Origin: an uncultured cyanobacterium
GTDB lineage: Bacteria > Cyanobacteriota > Cyanobacteriia > Cyanobacteriales > Microcystaceae
DNA: 32,703 nucleotides
Direction of reading: 5' to 3'
Assembly: GCA_963807635.1 (NCBI GenBank)
Contig: CAWEDJ010000024.1
Coordinates: 1 to 32,703 of the forward strand
Under the pieces are notes generated by a model that saw only the letters and a list, made by a program, of their open reading frames with translations, was not told the origin of the DNA and did no database searches. The position numbers and the translations under genes are program-made. Shown one piece after another: positions 1 to 10,260 of the stretch (positions are counted from its first letter, which is position 1; every line of letters begins with the position of its first letter).

Positions 1-2
1 TA

Positions 3-140
3 GTTAAATTCTGGCTTCAACCTATTTCTTTGTCCAAAAATAGAGGGTTTAAAGATCATGAATTAAATGATATTTTACAACTGGTAGAAACTTACGAACA
101 ACAATTATTGGAGGCTTGGCATGACTACTTTGATACTTGA
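3..140 (+). CDS. DUF4160-family protein, C-terminal part (truncated by the window edge); putative TA partner of the DUF2442 gene
   Basis: Manual translation from nt 3: VKFWLQPISLSKNRGFKDHELNDILQLVETYEQQLLEAWHDYFDT*. The KFWL...GF...EL...LLEAW pattern is typical of DUF4160, and the frame overlaps the start of the DUF2442 ORF. Confidence 0.75.
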   Translation, partial: VKFWLQPISLSKNRGFKDHELNDILQLVETYEQQLLEAWHDYFDT

Positions 141-423
141 AACTGAACCCCTCGCTACCCAAATTGAAGTAACAGATGAAAAGTTAATTGTAAATCTAGC
201 AGATGGGCGTAGTTTAATTATTCCTTTATCTTGGTATCCTCGCCTACTTCATGCAACCAAAGAAGAAAGAGAAAACTGGGAAATTTTAGGAGATGGTTAC
301 GCGATCGCTTGGGATGATCTTGATGAACATATTGGGATTGAGGGATTATTAGCAGGCAAATCTAGTGGAGAAAGCGATCGCTCTTTTGAGCATTGGTTAA
401 CAGCAAGAGTTATTTCTTCATAG
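121..423 (+). CDS. DUF2442-domain protein (putative antitoxin-like partner)
   Basis: Motif L.V.LADGR.L.IPLSWYPRL..AT.EER.NWEI.G.G..I.W..LDE.I.IEGLL; coupled to the DUF4160 gene. Confidence 0.85.
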   Translation: MTTLILETEPLATQIEVTDEKLIVNLADGRSLIIPLSWYPRLLHATKEERENWEILGDGYAIAWDDLDEHIGIEGLLAGKSSGESDRSFEHWLTARVISS

Positions 424-496
424 ATAAGACAGTATAATTTATTCTTGAAATCTTCATTCTAGAGATTTTTACGTCAACATAACAAAAAGTTATTAA

Positions 497-676
497 ATTC
501 CAATTAACAAAATAAGTGATTAACTGGGTATTAGGTTTCTAGCAGTCGGGGGGCATGATAACTAACTCTTCATTAGGCGATCGCTCTAAACGTAAATCTC
601 GATTTGCTGTTGCCAAGAGTTCAAATTGCTCCTGGGTAACTTTCAAACTAGCAGGAATAATTAGCGTAGATTGCAT
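497..676 (-). pseudogene. Uma2-family endonuclease remnant (N-terminal part only)
   Basis: ATG at 676 gives MQSTLIIPASLKVTQEQFELLATANRDLRLERSPNEELVIMPPDC* (stop 539-541), matching the cyanobacterial Uma2 N-terminus (EQF..L..ANRDLRLER...EL.IMPP). Weak homology (NTQLITYFVNWN) continues to ~497; the catalytic half is missing. Confidence 0.75.
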
Positions 677-697
677 AGAAATACTCCGTAGAAATCA

Positions 698-3600
698 CTA
701 AACTTTAGCATCAGGTAAAGCTCCCTTCATCTTACCCAACCAATCAATTAAACTTTCTAATTGCTGTTTCGGTTTCACTACTCCCAAACCCCTCACCGTT
801 ACTTTTTTCGGACTAAAGACAAAACGCGATCGCAGATGTTGGGGAAGATTTTCAGCTAATAATTTCCAAGCAGGTTCTTCCATCGGTGTTTCTAAAATAA
901 TATGCTGTTTCCCATCGGATTTAATGCGCGAAAAGCCAATTGATCGGGCAATGTGTTTTAACTCAATTACCTTAAATAATTGCTCCACAGGAGAGGGAAT
1001 CACGCCATAGCGATCGCACCATTCCGCCGCAACTTGGGCTAATTCTTCAATAGAATTTACAGCCGTAATTCGTTGATAGGCCGCCATTTTTTGTTCTAAA
1101 TCAGGAATATAATCCGAAGGAATAAACGCCGTCACCTTTAGATCAACTTGGGTTTCTTCTACCTTGGGAATCTCTTGTCCTTGAACTTCTTTGATCGCCT
1201 CCTGCAACATTTCCATATAGAGGTCAAAACCGATCGCTTCCAGTTGTCCCGACTGTTCCGCCCCTAATAAACTCCCCACACCGCGAATTTCCATGTCACG
1301 GGTCGCTAATTGATAACCTGAACCCAATTGGGAGAATTCTTGCAGGGCTTTTAGGCGTTGTCGCGCGGTTTCCGTCAATTCTCGCTTATTAGGGTAAAGA
1401 AGCCAAGCATGGGCCTGAATGCCCGAACGACCGACCCGACCCCGCAGTTGATAGAGTTGGGCCAAGCCGAATTTTTGAGAATCTTCGACAATAATGGTGT
1501 TAACCCTCGGAATATCTAGCCCTGCTTCAATAATTGTCGTACAAACCAAAATATCCGCCTCTCCATCATTAAATCCCAACATGGTACTTTCTAATTCGGA
1601 TTCATCCATTTGTCCATGCGCGATCGCAATTCTCGCACTAGGAACCATTTCTCGTAGTTGTCCCCCCAATTCTTCAATCCCTTCAATGCGGGGAACGACA
1701 TAAAAAACCTGACCCCCTCGGTCTAATTCATTGCGAATAGCGGTACGAATCACTTCAGGATTATAGGAAGATAAATGGGTTTTAATGGAACGTCGAGAAG
1801 GGGGAGGAGTCGTAATTAAGCTCATCTCTCGAATACCCGATAAGGACATATAAAGGGTGCGGGGGATCGGCGTGGCGGTGAGGGTTAGCACATCTACTTC
1901 AGTTTTTAAACTCTTGACTTTTTCCTTTTGATTAACTCCAAAACGCTGTTCTTCATCAATTACTAATAGACCTAAATCTTTAAAATCAATTCCTTTACTT
2001 AATAGTTGCTGAGTGCCAACAATAACATCCAATTCTCCTGATTTTAAACGTTGTAAAATCTCTTTTCTCTCCGAAGCAGTACGGAATCGATTTAACAAGC
2101 CAATATTAATGGGATAGGGGGCAAATCGTTCTTTTAGGGTGTGATAATGTTGCTGGGTTAAAATCGTTGTTGGTGCTAATAGGGCAACTTGTTTATGTCC
2201 ACTGGTAACGGCCTTAAAAATGGCTCGTACTGCTACTTCTGTTTTGCCAAAGCCCACATCGCCACACACTAATCGATCCATTGGGCGATCGCTTTCTAGA
2301 TCCCGTTTAACATCCTGTACGGCTTTCAGTTGATCGGGAGTCGCTTGATAGGGAAAGGAATCCTCTAATTCTTGTTGCCAGACTGTATCTAGGGGATAGG
2401 AAAAGCCCGTTTGTTTGGCTCGTTTGGCGTAGAGATTGAGTAAATCAACGGCTAATTTTTTAACTGTTTTACGGACTTTATTTTTAATATTTTCCCACAC
2501 TTTACCCCCCATTTTATGAAGTTGGGGCGGCTCGGCTCCACTATAGCGATAGCGGGATAAACTATCAAAATTCTCGGCAGGAATCCGTAAAATTCCATCA
2601 GCATATTGAATGACTAAATATTCACGACTTTCTAATTTTTCGAGTTTTAAAAATTTACCAATTCCATGACTTTTATGGACAATATAATCTCCAGGAGAAA
2701 GTTTATTGAGATCAACTTGTTTCGATGCCGCGCGTCGGCGTTTACGGATATATTCAGGCGTGGCGAGGGCGTGTTGACCAAATAATTCTCGATCAGTAAC
2801 TACCGCAATGCGAAAAGTCGGTAAAATAAATCCTTCTAACTCGGCAACCCCAGAATATTTAAGCGCGATCGCTGTTTTTTGGATTTTAAACTTTTCAATG
2901 GCGCGATAATCCTTGGGATTGGGAACAAATTGCACCGTACAATCATGTTCTTGCAAAAGGGAAACGGTACGAGACGGTTGGGCAGAAATTAACCAAATGG
3001 CATAATTATTGAGAGTGAAATTCGTATAAACTTCCCGTTTTCCCCTGAGAATTTCCCCTAATTTTGAAAATTGATGGGGCATGGTGGGAATCGGACGGTT
3101 TGATAAATTGAGGGCATTTTTTTCCGTCGCGTCTGCTAGTTCGGAAACAAAAATGGTTTGAAATTGGGGTTCAATAATTTCTAAAACTTCATTAAAACTA
3201 CGATGAATTTTAGGGAAATGATTATCATATTTAGATTTAATAAATTGCCATTCCTGCTCAACGGATTCTAACCAGCGATCGCTGTGGCCATGACATTGTT
3301 CGCGTTCATCAATGACACAAAGGGTATTCGTCGGTAAATAATCCAGTAAAGAAGCAGGTTTTTCAAAGGCAATCCCCAGAAAACGTTGCATTCCGTCGGG
3401 ATAGTTTCCCATTTCCAGTAATTCTATTTCTTCAGGGGATAAATAACTCGAAATATCCTGTTGATTCCTTTGAATTTGTTGAGCAATAATCGGATTAAAA
3501 CTAGTCGGTGTTAAGACTAATTGTTCAACCTTATCCAGCGATCGCTGAGTAGCAGGATCAAATTCCCGTAACTTTTCCAACTCATCATCAAACCACTCTA

Positions 3601-4183
3601 AACGAACAGGTAATTCTGCCGAAACAGGAAAAATATCGATAATATCGCCGCGCCGACTCCATTGACCCTCACCTTCTACCGACGCAACCCGCTCATAGCC
3701 CAATTTTACTAAGTTTTCATCTAAAACTTTACTGTTTTCATTCATCCCTGCCCGTAAAGTCAAACAATATTCTTGAAAAATGTCAGGATCAGGCAAATGG
3801 GGTTGTAGGGCTTTTTCGGTGGTAATAATTGCGGTTAAATGGGACAATTCTGCCAAATTAGACAATACTTGCATCTGTCCCCAGATCATTTCCGATTCTG
3901 CACTCAAGGCTTCGTAGGGAGAGGCTTCTGAAGTGGGATAAAAATTAATGGTTTTCCACCCCATGATTTCTAGTTGTGCCGCCCAGCGTCCTGCTTCTTC
4001 CAGGCTCGAAGTAATCACCAAAAGATGATTACCCAAGCTCTGAGCTAGGGTCGAACTAATTAACCCCTTGGGCAAGCGAGAAATTCCCGTGAGGGAAAGC
4101 GTCCTCTGCGCTTTTAGTTTTTGCAAGAGTTCTAGGGTGAGAGGAAGTTTTTCGAGATGACGAATGATAGAGGAAAAGGTCAT
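698..4183 (-). CDS. mfd: Transcription-repair coupling factor
   Basis: 1161 aa; UvrB-like N-terminus, CarD/RID domain ([15 protein letters not shown]), SF2 helicase motifs ([32 protein letters not shown]) and C-terminal TRCF domain. Confidence 0.98.
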   Translation of the reverse strand: MTFSSIIRHLEKLPLTLELLQKLKAQRTLSLTGISRLPKGLISSTLAQSLGNHLLVITSSLEEAGRWAAQLEIMGWKTINFYPTSEASPYEALSAESEMIWGQMQVLSNLAELSHLTAIITTEKALQPHLPDPDIFQEYCLTLRAGMNENSKVLDENLVKLGYERVASVEGEGQWSRRGDIIDIFPVSAELPVRLEWFDDELEKLREFDPATQRSLDKVEQLVLTPTSFNPIIAQQIQRNQQDISSYLSPEEIELLEMGNYPDGMQRFLGIAFEKPASLLDYLPTNTLCVIDEREQCHGHSDRWLESVEQEWQFIKSKYDNHFPKIHRSFNEVLEIIEPQFQTIFVSELADATEKNALNLSNRPIPTMPHQFSKLGEILRGKREVYTNFTLNNYAIWLISAQPSRTVSLLQEHDCTVQFVPNPKDYRAIEKFKIQKTAIALKYSGVAELEGFILPTFRIAVVTDRELFGQHALATPEYIRKRRRAASKQVDLNKLSPGDYIVHKSHGIGKFLKLEKLESREYLVIQYADGILRIPAENFDSLSRYRYSGAEPPQLHKMGGKVWENIKNKVRKTVKKLAVDLLNLYAKRAKQTGFSYPLDTVWQQELEDSFPYQATPDQLKAVQDVKRDLESDRPMDRLVCGDVGFGKTEVAVRAIFKAVTSGHKQVALLAPTTILTQQHYHTLKERFAPYPINIGLLNRFRTASERKEILQRLKSGELDVIVGTQQLLSKGIDFKDLGLLVIDEEQRFGVNQKEKVKSLKTEVDVLTLTATPIPRTLYMSLSGIREMSLITTPPPSRRSIKTHLSSYNPEVIRTAIRNELDRGGQVFYVVPRIEGIEELGGQLREMVPSARIAIAHGQMDESELESTMLGFNDGEADILVCTTIIEAGLDIPRVNTIIVEDSQKFGLAQLYQLRGRVGRSGIQAHAWLLYPNKRELTETARQRLKALQEFSQLGSGYQLATRDMEIRGVGSLLGAEQSGQLEAIGFDLYMEMLQEAIKEVQGQEIPKVEETQVDLKVTAFIPSDYIPDLEQKMAAYQRITAVNSIEELAQVAAEWCDRYGVIPSPVEQLFKVIELKHIARSIGFSRIKSDGKQHIILETPMEEPAWKLLAENLPQHLRSRFVFSPKKVTVRGLGVVKPKQQLESLIDWLGKMKGALPDAKV

Positions 4184-4590
4184 GGGTAACGTTTGAAGGT
4201 GTCGTTAGCCGATCTTAACGCTTTAAGAGAAAGCAGTGATCGCGATTAGAGCAAGAAAATCACAAAAAAAAAGTAAATATTTCAGGATTAAGTTTAATTT
4301 CAGAACTTATCTTTCGCACACTATTATAGATTGTGCTTTAAGGTGGTTTATAACGAATAAAAACTACACATCGTAGTATGATTTTAGACCATGCCACTAC
4401 CAACAGTAAACAATTAAAGGACAAACACTAAATATGGAATCGTGAGAACATTGATTCACAAATTACGATTGATAAAGCAAAATAGTCAAATGTTCAAAAA
4501 AAAGTAAAGTTACTATATAATTGGTAAAACTATATAGATTACAAGTGTTTACATCCAAATCCTTAACGAGTTTGCTAGGATTTTTTGCCC

Positions 4591-5529
4591 ATGACATATA
4601 CAGCAGAAGACATACGAAGAAAATCCGACTTTGGCTTGAAAATTGATTTTGGGCATGATCGGAAAAATTCTGCGCGTTTTTTTGTCACTCTATCAAAATT
4701 AATAAATTTTTGTGAATTTGTAGATCAAACCTTAGCTTCTTCCCTAGACTCCTCTCTTCAGCCCATTATTCTTTTGGAAGATTTAGAAAAAGGTTCATTA
4801 CTAATATGGTTAAAAACAGCCTTGCAATTAGTAGATGATGATGCATTAAGCAATTTAAGTTTGAGAAAACTTTTTGGAAAATATGCAGTAAAAGCGAAAT
4901 ACATCTTGATTGATTTTTTAGAGAAAAAAACAACTATTTCTAATGCGGATGAAATCCAAGTACTTCAAGCTGAATTGATTAATGAATATTAGGAGACTTT
5001 CGGTGCATCTTTGTCACCTCTTACTATTAACCAACGACAAATTACTGATTGTATTCGTAAATACCAAGATGCTCTTCATGATTTAAATGAAGATGATAAG
5101 GTTTACTATTTATCCCCTTCCTCTAGACCGTCTATTCAATTTAATCGTACTTTTGATGTCTCTCCTGAAACGTTAGAAGATATTATTACCAAAGAAACCA
5201 TATCAAGCGAACTGAATATGGTTTTAAAAATCAAAAAGCCTGATTACCTCGGTGATTCTAAGTGGCAGTTCAAACATGGAAAAAATACCATGTCAGTTAA
5301 GATATTAGATGAAAATTGGTTAAATCAGTTTAGATCAAGACAAATAACTATCGCGCCTGGTGACTGTTTGAGAGCAACTGTCAGATCAGAAATTAAATAT
5401 GATTCTAATTACGAACTTATTTCAGAGAATTATGAAGTTATACAAGTTCTTGAGGTTATTCAAGCTGAATCACATATTCAGCAGAAATTAGACTTAAGTT
5501 TGCAATCAAATAATGATGAGCTTGAATAA
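4591..5529 (+). pseudogene. AT-rich uncharacterised protein (~310 aa) interrupted by a single in-frame TAG at 4990-4992
   Basis: ORFs 4585-4992 and 5011-5529 are in the same frame: AAT GAA TAT TAG GAG ACT TTC GGT GCA TCT TTG. ATG at 4591. No HIP1 site seen. No named family recognised. Confidence 0.65.
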
Positions 5530-5539
5530 TCGGCTCGTA

Positions 5540-5902
5540 TTAAACTAAACTCGGTTTACGAGTATGCCATTCTGTTGATTGTTCGTAGGCATAACCCACT
5601 CGAAATAACAGATCTTCCCGTAATACATTACCAATTAATTGCAACCCAATCGGTAAATTTTGTTTATCAAATCCGCAGGGAATACTCATCGAAGGTAAAC
5701 CCGCCAAATTAACAGGAATCGCCATTAAATCTGATAGATACATACTGAGGGGATCGGCTGTTTTTTCTCCTGCTTTAAAAGCTGTTGTGGGAGCAGTCGG
5801 ACAGACTAAAACATCAACTTTTTCAAAAGCTTGATCAAAATCTTGTTTAATTAAGGTTCTGACTTTTTGGGCCTTTAAATAATAGGTATCATAATAACCC
5901 GC
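5540..5902 (-). pseudogene. gatA: Duplicated 3' end of gatA (last 120 codons plus stop), lacking the 5' part of the gene
   Basis: Aligns without gaps to 6489-6851. Manual count gives ~29/363 nt mismatches in 23 codons (16 synonymous, 7 non-synonymous). Confidence 0.95.
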
Positions 5903-5904
5903 TT

Positions 5905-6468
5905 TTAATTAGACAGCCAACTAAATAATTGTTGTACCGTTAATTGCAGATCTTGAGCAAAGGTCGGAACGGGTAAAACCGATTCGGGTTCATCATAAAA
6001 TGTCACTTCTTGATCCGCAACATACACAAAAATAACCTGTTCTTCTGGATCAATTAACCAAGCCATTTGTGTGCCACTTTTTAGACAAGAGAGGATTTTT
6101 TTGATGGTTTTTGTCTGAGTTTGATCAGGGGATAAAATCTCAATAACCCAATCAGGCGCGATCGCAAAAACATTCGCCACCGAACCATTCTCTTCTCTAG
6201 GAATCCTATCCCAAGTAAAAACTGCTAAATCGGGAATGATTGATTTTCCCGAAAAAGTACATCGTAATTCAGGAAAAGCTCTAGCAATTTTAGGCGATCG
6301 CACCACTGCATTAATCGCAGTTCCTAATTCCATTTGAATCGCACTATGTTTTCCTTGGGGCATGGGTTTTTGAATAATTTGTCCATCAATAAATTCACTG
6401 CCAGGCTCGGTTTCTGGTAATTGGAGAAAGTTTTCTAAAGTTAAAGATGGAACTAGAGTTTGTAACAT
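5905..6468 (-). CDS. Uma2-family (DUF820) PD-(D/E)XK endonuclease
   Basis: 187 aa: [65 protein letters not shown]. Confidence 0.93.
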   Translation of the reverse strand: MLQTLVPSLTLENFLQLPETEPGSEFIDGQIIQKPMPQGKHSAIQMELGTAINAVVRSPKIARAFPELRCTFSGKSIIPDLAVFTWDRIPREENGSVANVFAIAPDWVIEILSPDQTQTKTIKKILSCLKSGTQMAWLIDPEEQVIFVYVADQEVTFYDEPESVLPVPTFAQDLQLTVQQLFSWLSN

Positions 6469-6488
6469 TTCAAATACCCATCAAATTA

Positions 6489-7937
6489 TTAAACTAAGGG
6501 TGGTTTTTGAGTATGCCATTTTGTTGATTGTTCGTAGGCGTAACCCACTCGAAATAATACATCTTCCCGTAACACATTCCCAATTAATTGCAACCCAATC
6601 GGTAAATTTTGTCCATCAAATCCGCAGGGAATACTCATCGAAGGTAAACCCGCCAAATTAACGGGAATCGTCATTAAATCTGACAAGTACATACTGAGGG
6701 GATCAGCCGTTTTTTCTCCTGCCTTAAAAGCCGTTGTGGGGGCAGTCGGGCAGACTAAAACATCAACTTTTTCAAAGGCTTGATCAAAGTCTTGTTTAAT
6801 TAAGGTTCTGACTTTTTGGGCTTTTAAATAATAGGCATCATAATAACCCGCAGAAAGGGCGTAGGTTCCTAACATAATGCGGCGTTTTACTTCAGTTCCA
6901 AAACCCTTGGCACGAGTCTTGGTGTACATCTCAATAAGGCTATCGGCTTCTTCTCGAATTCCGTATTTGACTGCGTCATAACGGGCTAAATTGGCCGAAG
7001 CTTCGGAAGGGGCAATGATGTAATAGGTGGGTAATCCATAGCGAAAACGGGGGCAAGAAATTTCCTGAACCGTTGCACCTAATGATTTTAATTGCGCGAT
7101 CGCCTCTCGGACTCTTTCTGCCACAATCTCATCTAAACCTTCCCCAAACGTTTCGGTGATGACTCCTACTTTGAGTCCTTTCAAATCAGGTTTTAATGCT
7201 TGGGTATAATCGGGAATTTCAACTTTCAAACTGGTCGAATCCTGGGCATCATAACCCGCGATCGCTTGTAACAAAATCGCCGCATCTTCCACCGTGCGAC
7301 CAAAGGGGCCAATTTGATCCAAAGAAGAGGCATAGGCCACCAAACCAAAACGAGAAACTAAGCCATAGGTCGGTTTCATGCCCACAACCCCACACAAAGA
7401 AGCGGGTTGACGAATGGAGCCGCCCGTATCCGAACCCAAGGCCACCACACATTCCTCTGCCGCCACTGCCGCCGCCGATCCCCCCGACGATCCCCCTGGC
7501 ACTCTGCTTAAATCCCAGGGATTAGCCGTCACCTGATAGCCTGAATTTTCTGTTGAACTACCCATCGCAAATTCATCTAAATTTGTTTTACCCACCATCA
7601 CCGCCCCTGCGTCCTGTAATTTTTGGGTAACGGTGGACTCGTAGGCGGGAACAAATCCTTCCAAAATACGGGAGCCGCAAGTGGTGGGAATGCCCCGTGT
7701 ACAAAGATTATCCTTAATGCCGATGGGAATGCCTTCTAACAATCCAATGGTTTCGCCCGCCGCAATTTTTGCATCTACTTGTTCGGCCGACGCGATCGCC
7801 TTATCCGCCGTCACACAGAGAAAACTATGGAGTTTGGGTTCTAGCGTTTCGATTCGTTGTAGGGTTTCTGTGGTAATTTCAACAGCAGAACGCGCTTTTG
7901 AGACCAATTGTTGATGCAATTCGCGGATGGATGCCAT
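6489..7937 (-). CDS. gatA: Asp-tRNA(Asn)/Glu-tRNA(Gln) amidotransferase subunit A
   Basis: 482 aa amidase signature ([47 protein letters not shown]) and [19 protein letters not shown]. Confidence 0.98.
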   Translation of the reverse strand: MASIRELHQQLVSKARSAVEITTETLQRIETLEPKLHSFLCVTADKAIASAEQVDAKIAAGETIGLLEGIPIGIKDNLCTRGIPTTCGSRILEGFVPAYESTVTQKLQDAGAVMVGKTNLDEFAMGSSTENSGYQVTANPWDLSRVPGGSSGGSAAAVAAEECVVALGSDTGGSIRQPASLCGVVGMKPTYGLVSRFGLVAYASSLDQIGPFGRTVEDAAILLQAIAGYDAQDSTSLKVEIPDYTQALKPDLKGLKVGVITETFGEGLDEIVAERVREAIAQLKSLGATVQEISCPRFRYGLPTYYIIAPSEASANLARYDAVKYGIREEADSLIEMYTKTRAKGFGTEVKRRIMLGTYALSAGYYDAYYLKAQKVRTLIKQDFDQAFEKVDVLVCPTAPTTAFKAGEKTADPLSMYLSDLMTIPVNLAGLPSMSIPCGFDGQNLPIGLQLIGNVLREDVLFRVGYAYEQSTKWHTQKPPLV

Positions 7938-8016
7938 GTGTACTAAACGTTATTTTGTCAGTAACCAGTGTATCATCGAATCTGGGAGCTAGGATTTTTT
8001 TACGATTATAAAGGCG

Positions 8017-8853
8017 TTATTGAGAGTCTAACCAGAGAAATGGATCGAGTTGATAATAATTTTTTAAAATCTGAAAAAGTTGGGGATGAAATTGTTTTAA
8101 GATCTGGGCTTTTTCTAAAAATAGTTCAGTCACAACGGCAAAAAATTCGGCGGGATGGGTTGCACCGTAGGGATCAATGGTGAGTTTTAAACCATTTTCA
8201 ATTTGACTTTGTAATTGTTGATATTCTTCGGTAAAAATTCTAGACCATTGTTGATAGTCTGCTTGATTTTTTAAGGGTGGAACGCCATTAGCCATTCCCT
8301 CTTGCTGGTCTAATTGGTGGGCGAATTCATGGAAAATAACATTATGCCCGTCTTGCCAATTGGCTAAATCTTGTTGAATAATGTGCCAGGATAAAATCAC
8401 TTGTCCTTCCTTTCCCCAGGATTCTCCACTGGCAATATTTTCTTGTTCTTCAACGATATATTCATCTACTGCGATCGCCCGTTTAATTTGAAAAATATGG
8501 GGATAAACTAAAATCATCTTAAGCTTAGGATAATAATTTTCCCGTAAATTTAAGGATAATAAACAAGCTTGAGCCGCGATGATGAGGCGAATATTATCAG
8601 TAATATTTAAACCCTGACAACCAATAAATTGTTTTTCGGCTAAAAAAACTTGAATGTGGGATCTGAGACGTTGTTTAATGGGTTCGGGAAGATGGTTATA
8701 GAGGGGTAATTCCGTTTCTAAAATTTCTAGCCATTCTAAGGGAAAAGGTCTTTTTTTGAGGGAATCATGACGCAGTTTTCGTAAAAGCGGTTGTCCCCAA
8801 ATATAGGCAATGATGAGCAAAAGTAAACTCAGAACAAAAAGAGTCGGTCGCAT
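8017..8853 (-). CDS. MtfA/peptidase M90 family zinc-dependent peptidase
   Basis: FLAEKQFIGC, DGHNVIFHEFAHQLD (HExxH), YGATHPAEFFAV. Likely start is ATG 8853 (MRPTLFVLSLLLL, TM segment); the longer ORF would overlap the divergent gene. Confidence 0.88.
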   Translation of the reverse strand: MRPTLFVLSLLLLIIAYIWGQPLLRKLRHDSLKKRPFPLEWLEILETELPLYNHLPEPIKQRLRSHIQVFLAEKQFIGCQGLNITDNIRLIIAAQACLLSLNLRENYYPKLKMILVYPHIFQIKRAIAVDEYIVEEQENIASGESWGKEGQVILSWHIIQQDLANWQDGHNVIFHEFAHQLDQQEGMANGVPPLKNQADYQQWSRIFTEEYQQLQSQIENGLKLTIDPYGATHPAEFFAVVTELFLEKAQILKQFHPQLFQILKNYYQLDPFLWLDSQ

Positions 8854-8974
8854 AATCGTTGGGGGTTGGAATTGAATTTCAGCAATAGAAGGATTTGGCG
8901 ATCGCGTTTTTGATCTCCCATAACGGGAACTAAAATGATAGGATTTTGAAACAAAAACATCAAAATTTTTCACC

Positions 8975-10255
8975 GTGGCCAAGGTTGTTGTCGAGAGTCT
9001 CTATAAAAGTTTTCCGAGTCGGGGTGGAAGTTCGATTTCCCCTATCCCGCCTAACCAAGAAAATATCACCGTTACTGCCTCAGAATCTAAGGGTAACAAA
9101 TCCAGTCAAGTCAACGTTCTACGATCCATCAATCTCGCCATTGAAGACGGAGAATTCATGGTCTTGGTGGGGCCATCGGGCTGTGGGAAAAGTACATTAT
9201 TGCGTCTCATTGCAGGATTAGAAGACGTTACAGGCGGAAATATTCTGATTGGCGATCGCGTTGTTAATCAAATTCCATCAAAAGCACGGGATATTGCGAT
9301 GGTTTTCCAGAGTTATGCCCTCTATCCCCATTTATCGGTGTATGACAATATTGCCTTTGGTCTGCGACGGATGAACACTCCTGATGAAAAAAACCAGGGG
9401 AAATTTCCCCAATGGCTAGAAAATACCCTCACGGGACTCACTCGCAAATTACCCAAGGGACTGCGGCATCGTTCAGAACAAGAAAAAAAGATTGAGCAGC
9501 AGGTCAGGGAAGTGGCGGCCCGCTTACAGATTGACTCCTTACTCGATCGCCTACCGAAAGAGCTTTCAGGGGGGCAAAAACAACGGGTCGCATTAGGAAG
9601 AGCGATCGCCCGAAATCCGCAAGTTTTTTTGATGGATGAGCCGTTATCAAACTTGGATGCCAAATTACGAGCCGAAACTCGCAGTCAAATCGTCAAACTC
9701 CAACGTCAACTAGGCATTACGACGATCTATGTGACCCACGATCAAACCGAAGCGATGACAATGGGCGATCGCATTGCGGTGATGTATCAGGGAGAAATTC
9801 AACAGTTGGCGCGACCGTTGGAACTTTATAATCATCCTGCTAATCGCTTTGTGGCGGAATTTATTGGCTCACCCCCGATGAATTTTATTAAAGTCGAGGT
9901 AGAATCAGCAAAATTAGTTACCCATGCTCAATTTCAGTTAAATTTATCGGAATATTGGCAACCCTTTGTCAGTTTTTATCCAGGGCGATCGCTACTCCTG
10001 GGTGTTCGGCCAGAGCATTTTTCGGTGAGTACCGCGAGTCCCGAAAATTTAGAAGTTGAGGTCGATTTAGTCGAAGCCTTGGGCAATGAAACCTATTTAT
10101 TCGTCCATGTCGTTGACGATCCAGATCTGCACCTCCAAGTCCGTATGTCTCCTGATCACACCGTTCAACGAGGAGATACCCTTTGGCTGGCGATCGCGAT
10201 CGATAAAGTTCATTTCTTTGATGTCAAAACCGAAAAAGCCATTAATCTGGATTAA
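8975..10255 (+). CDS. Sugar/glycerol-phosphate ABC transporter ATP-binding protein (MalK/UgpC family)
   Basis: GPSGCGKST Walker A, MVFQSYALYPH, LSGGQKQR signature, FLMDEPLSNLD, C-terminal TOBE domain. Confidence 0.93.
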   Translation: MAKVVVESLYKSFPSRGGSSISPIPPNQENITVTASESKGNKSSQVNVLRSINLAIEDGEFMVLVGPSGCGKSTLLRLIAGLEDVTGGNILIGDRVVNQIPSKARDIAMVFQSYALYPHLSVYDNIAFGLRRMNTPDEKNQGKFPQWLENTLTGLTRKLPKGLRHRSEQEKKIEQQVREVAARLQIDSLLDRLPKELSGGQKQRVALGRAIARNPQVFLMDEPLSNLDAKLRAETRSQIVKLQRQLGITTIYVTHDQTEAMTMGDRIAVMYQGEIQQLARPLELYNHPANRFVAEFIGSPPMNFIKVEVESAKLVTHAQFQLNLSEYWQPFVSFYPGRSLLLGVRPEHFSVSTASPENLEVEVDLVEALGNETYLFVHVVDDPDLHLQVRMSPDHTVQRGDTLWLAIAIDKVHFFDVKTEKAINLD

Positions 10256-10260
10256 ATTTT

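Larger units (their letters stand above)
5540..6851 (-). repeat. 363-bp imperfect direct repeat (5540-5902 and 6489-6851) flanking a Uma2 gene
   Basis: Both copies run from GCGGGTTATTATGAT to TTAGTTTAA on the minus strand; ~92% identity by manual alignment. Confidence 0.95.

Noticed and set aside
4990..4992. Programmed amber recoding functionally linked to the neighbouring gatA
   Set aside because: No suppressor tRNA or pyrrolysine genes are visible; a simple nonsense mutation is more parsimonious.
5540..5743. 67-aa ORF as an independent small amidase gene
   Set aside because: It is an internal-Met reading of the orphan gatA 3' duplicate; homology extends to 5902 and the catalytic amidase signature is absent.
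5540..6851. gatA repeat as a simple assembly duplication, DGR template/variable repeat, or prophage att pair
   Set aside because: The copies differ by ~8%, mostly at synonymous sites, with no obvious adenine-specific pattern, and no reverse transcriptase, integrase or phage gene lies nearby. A strain-chimera artefact still needs read-level exclusion.
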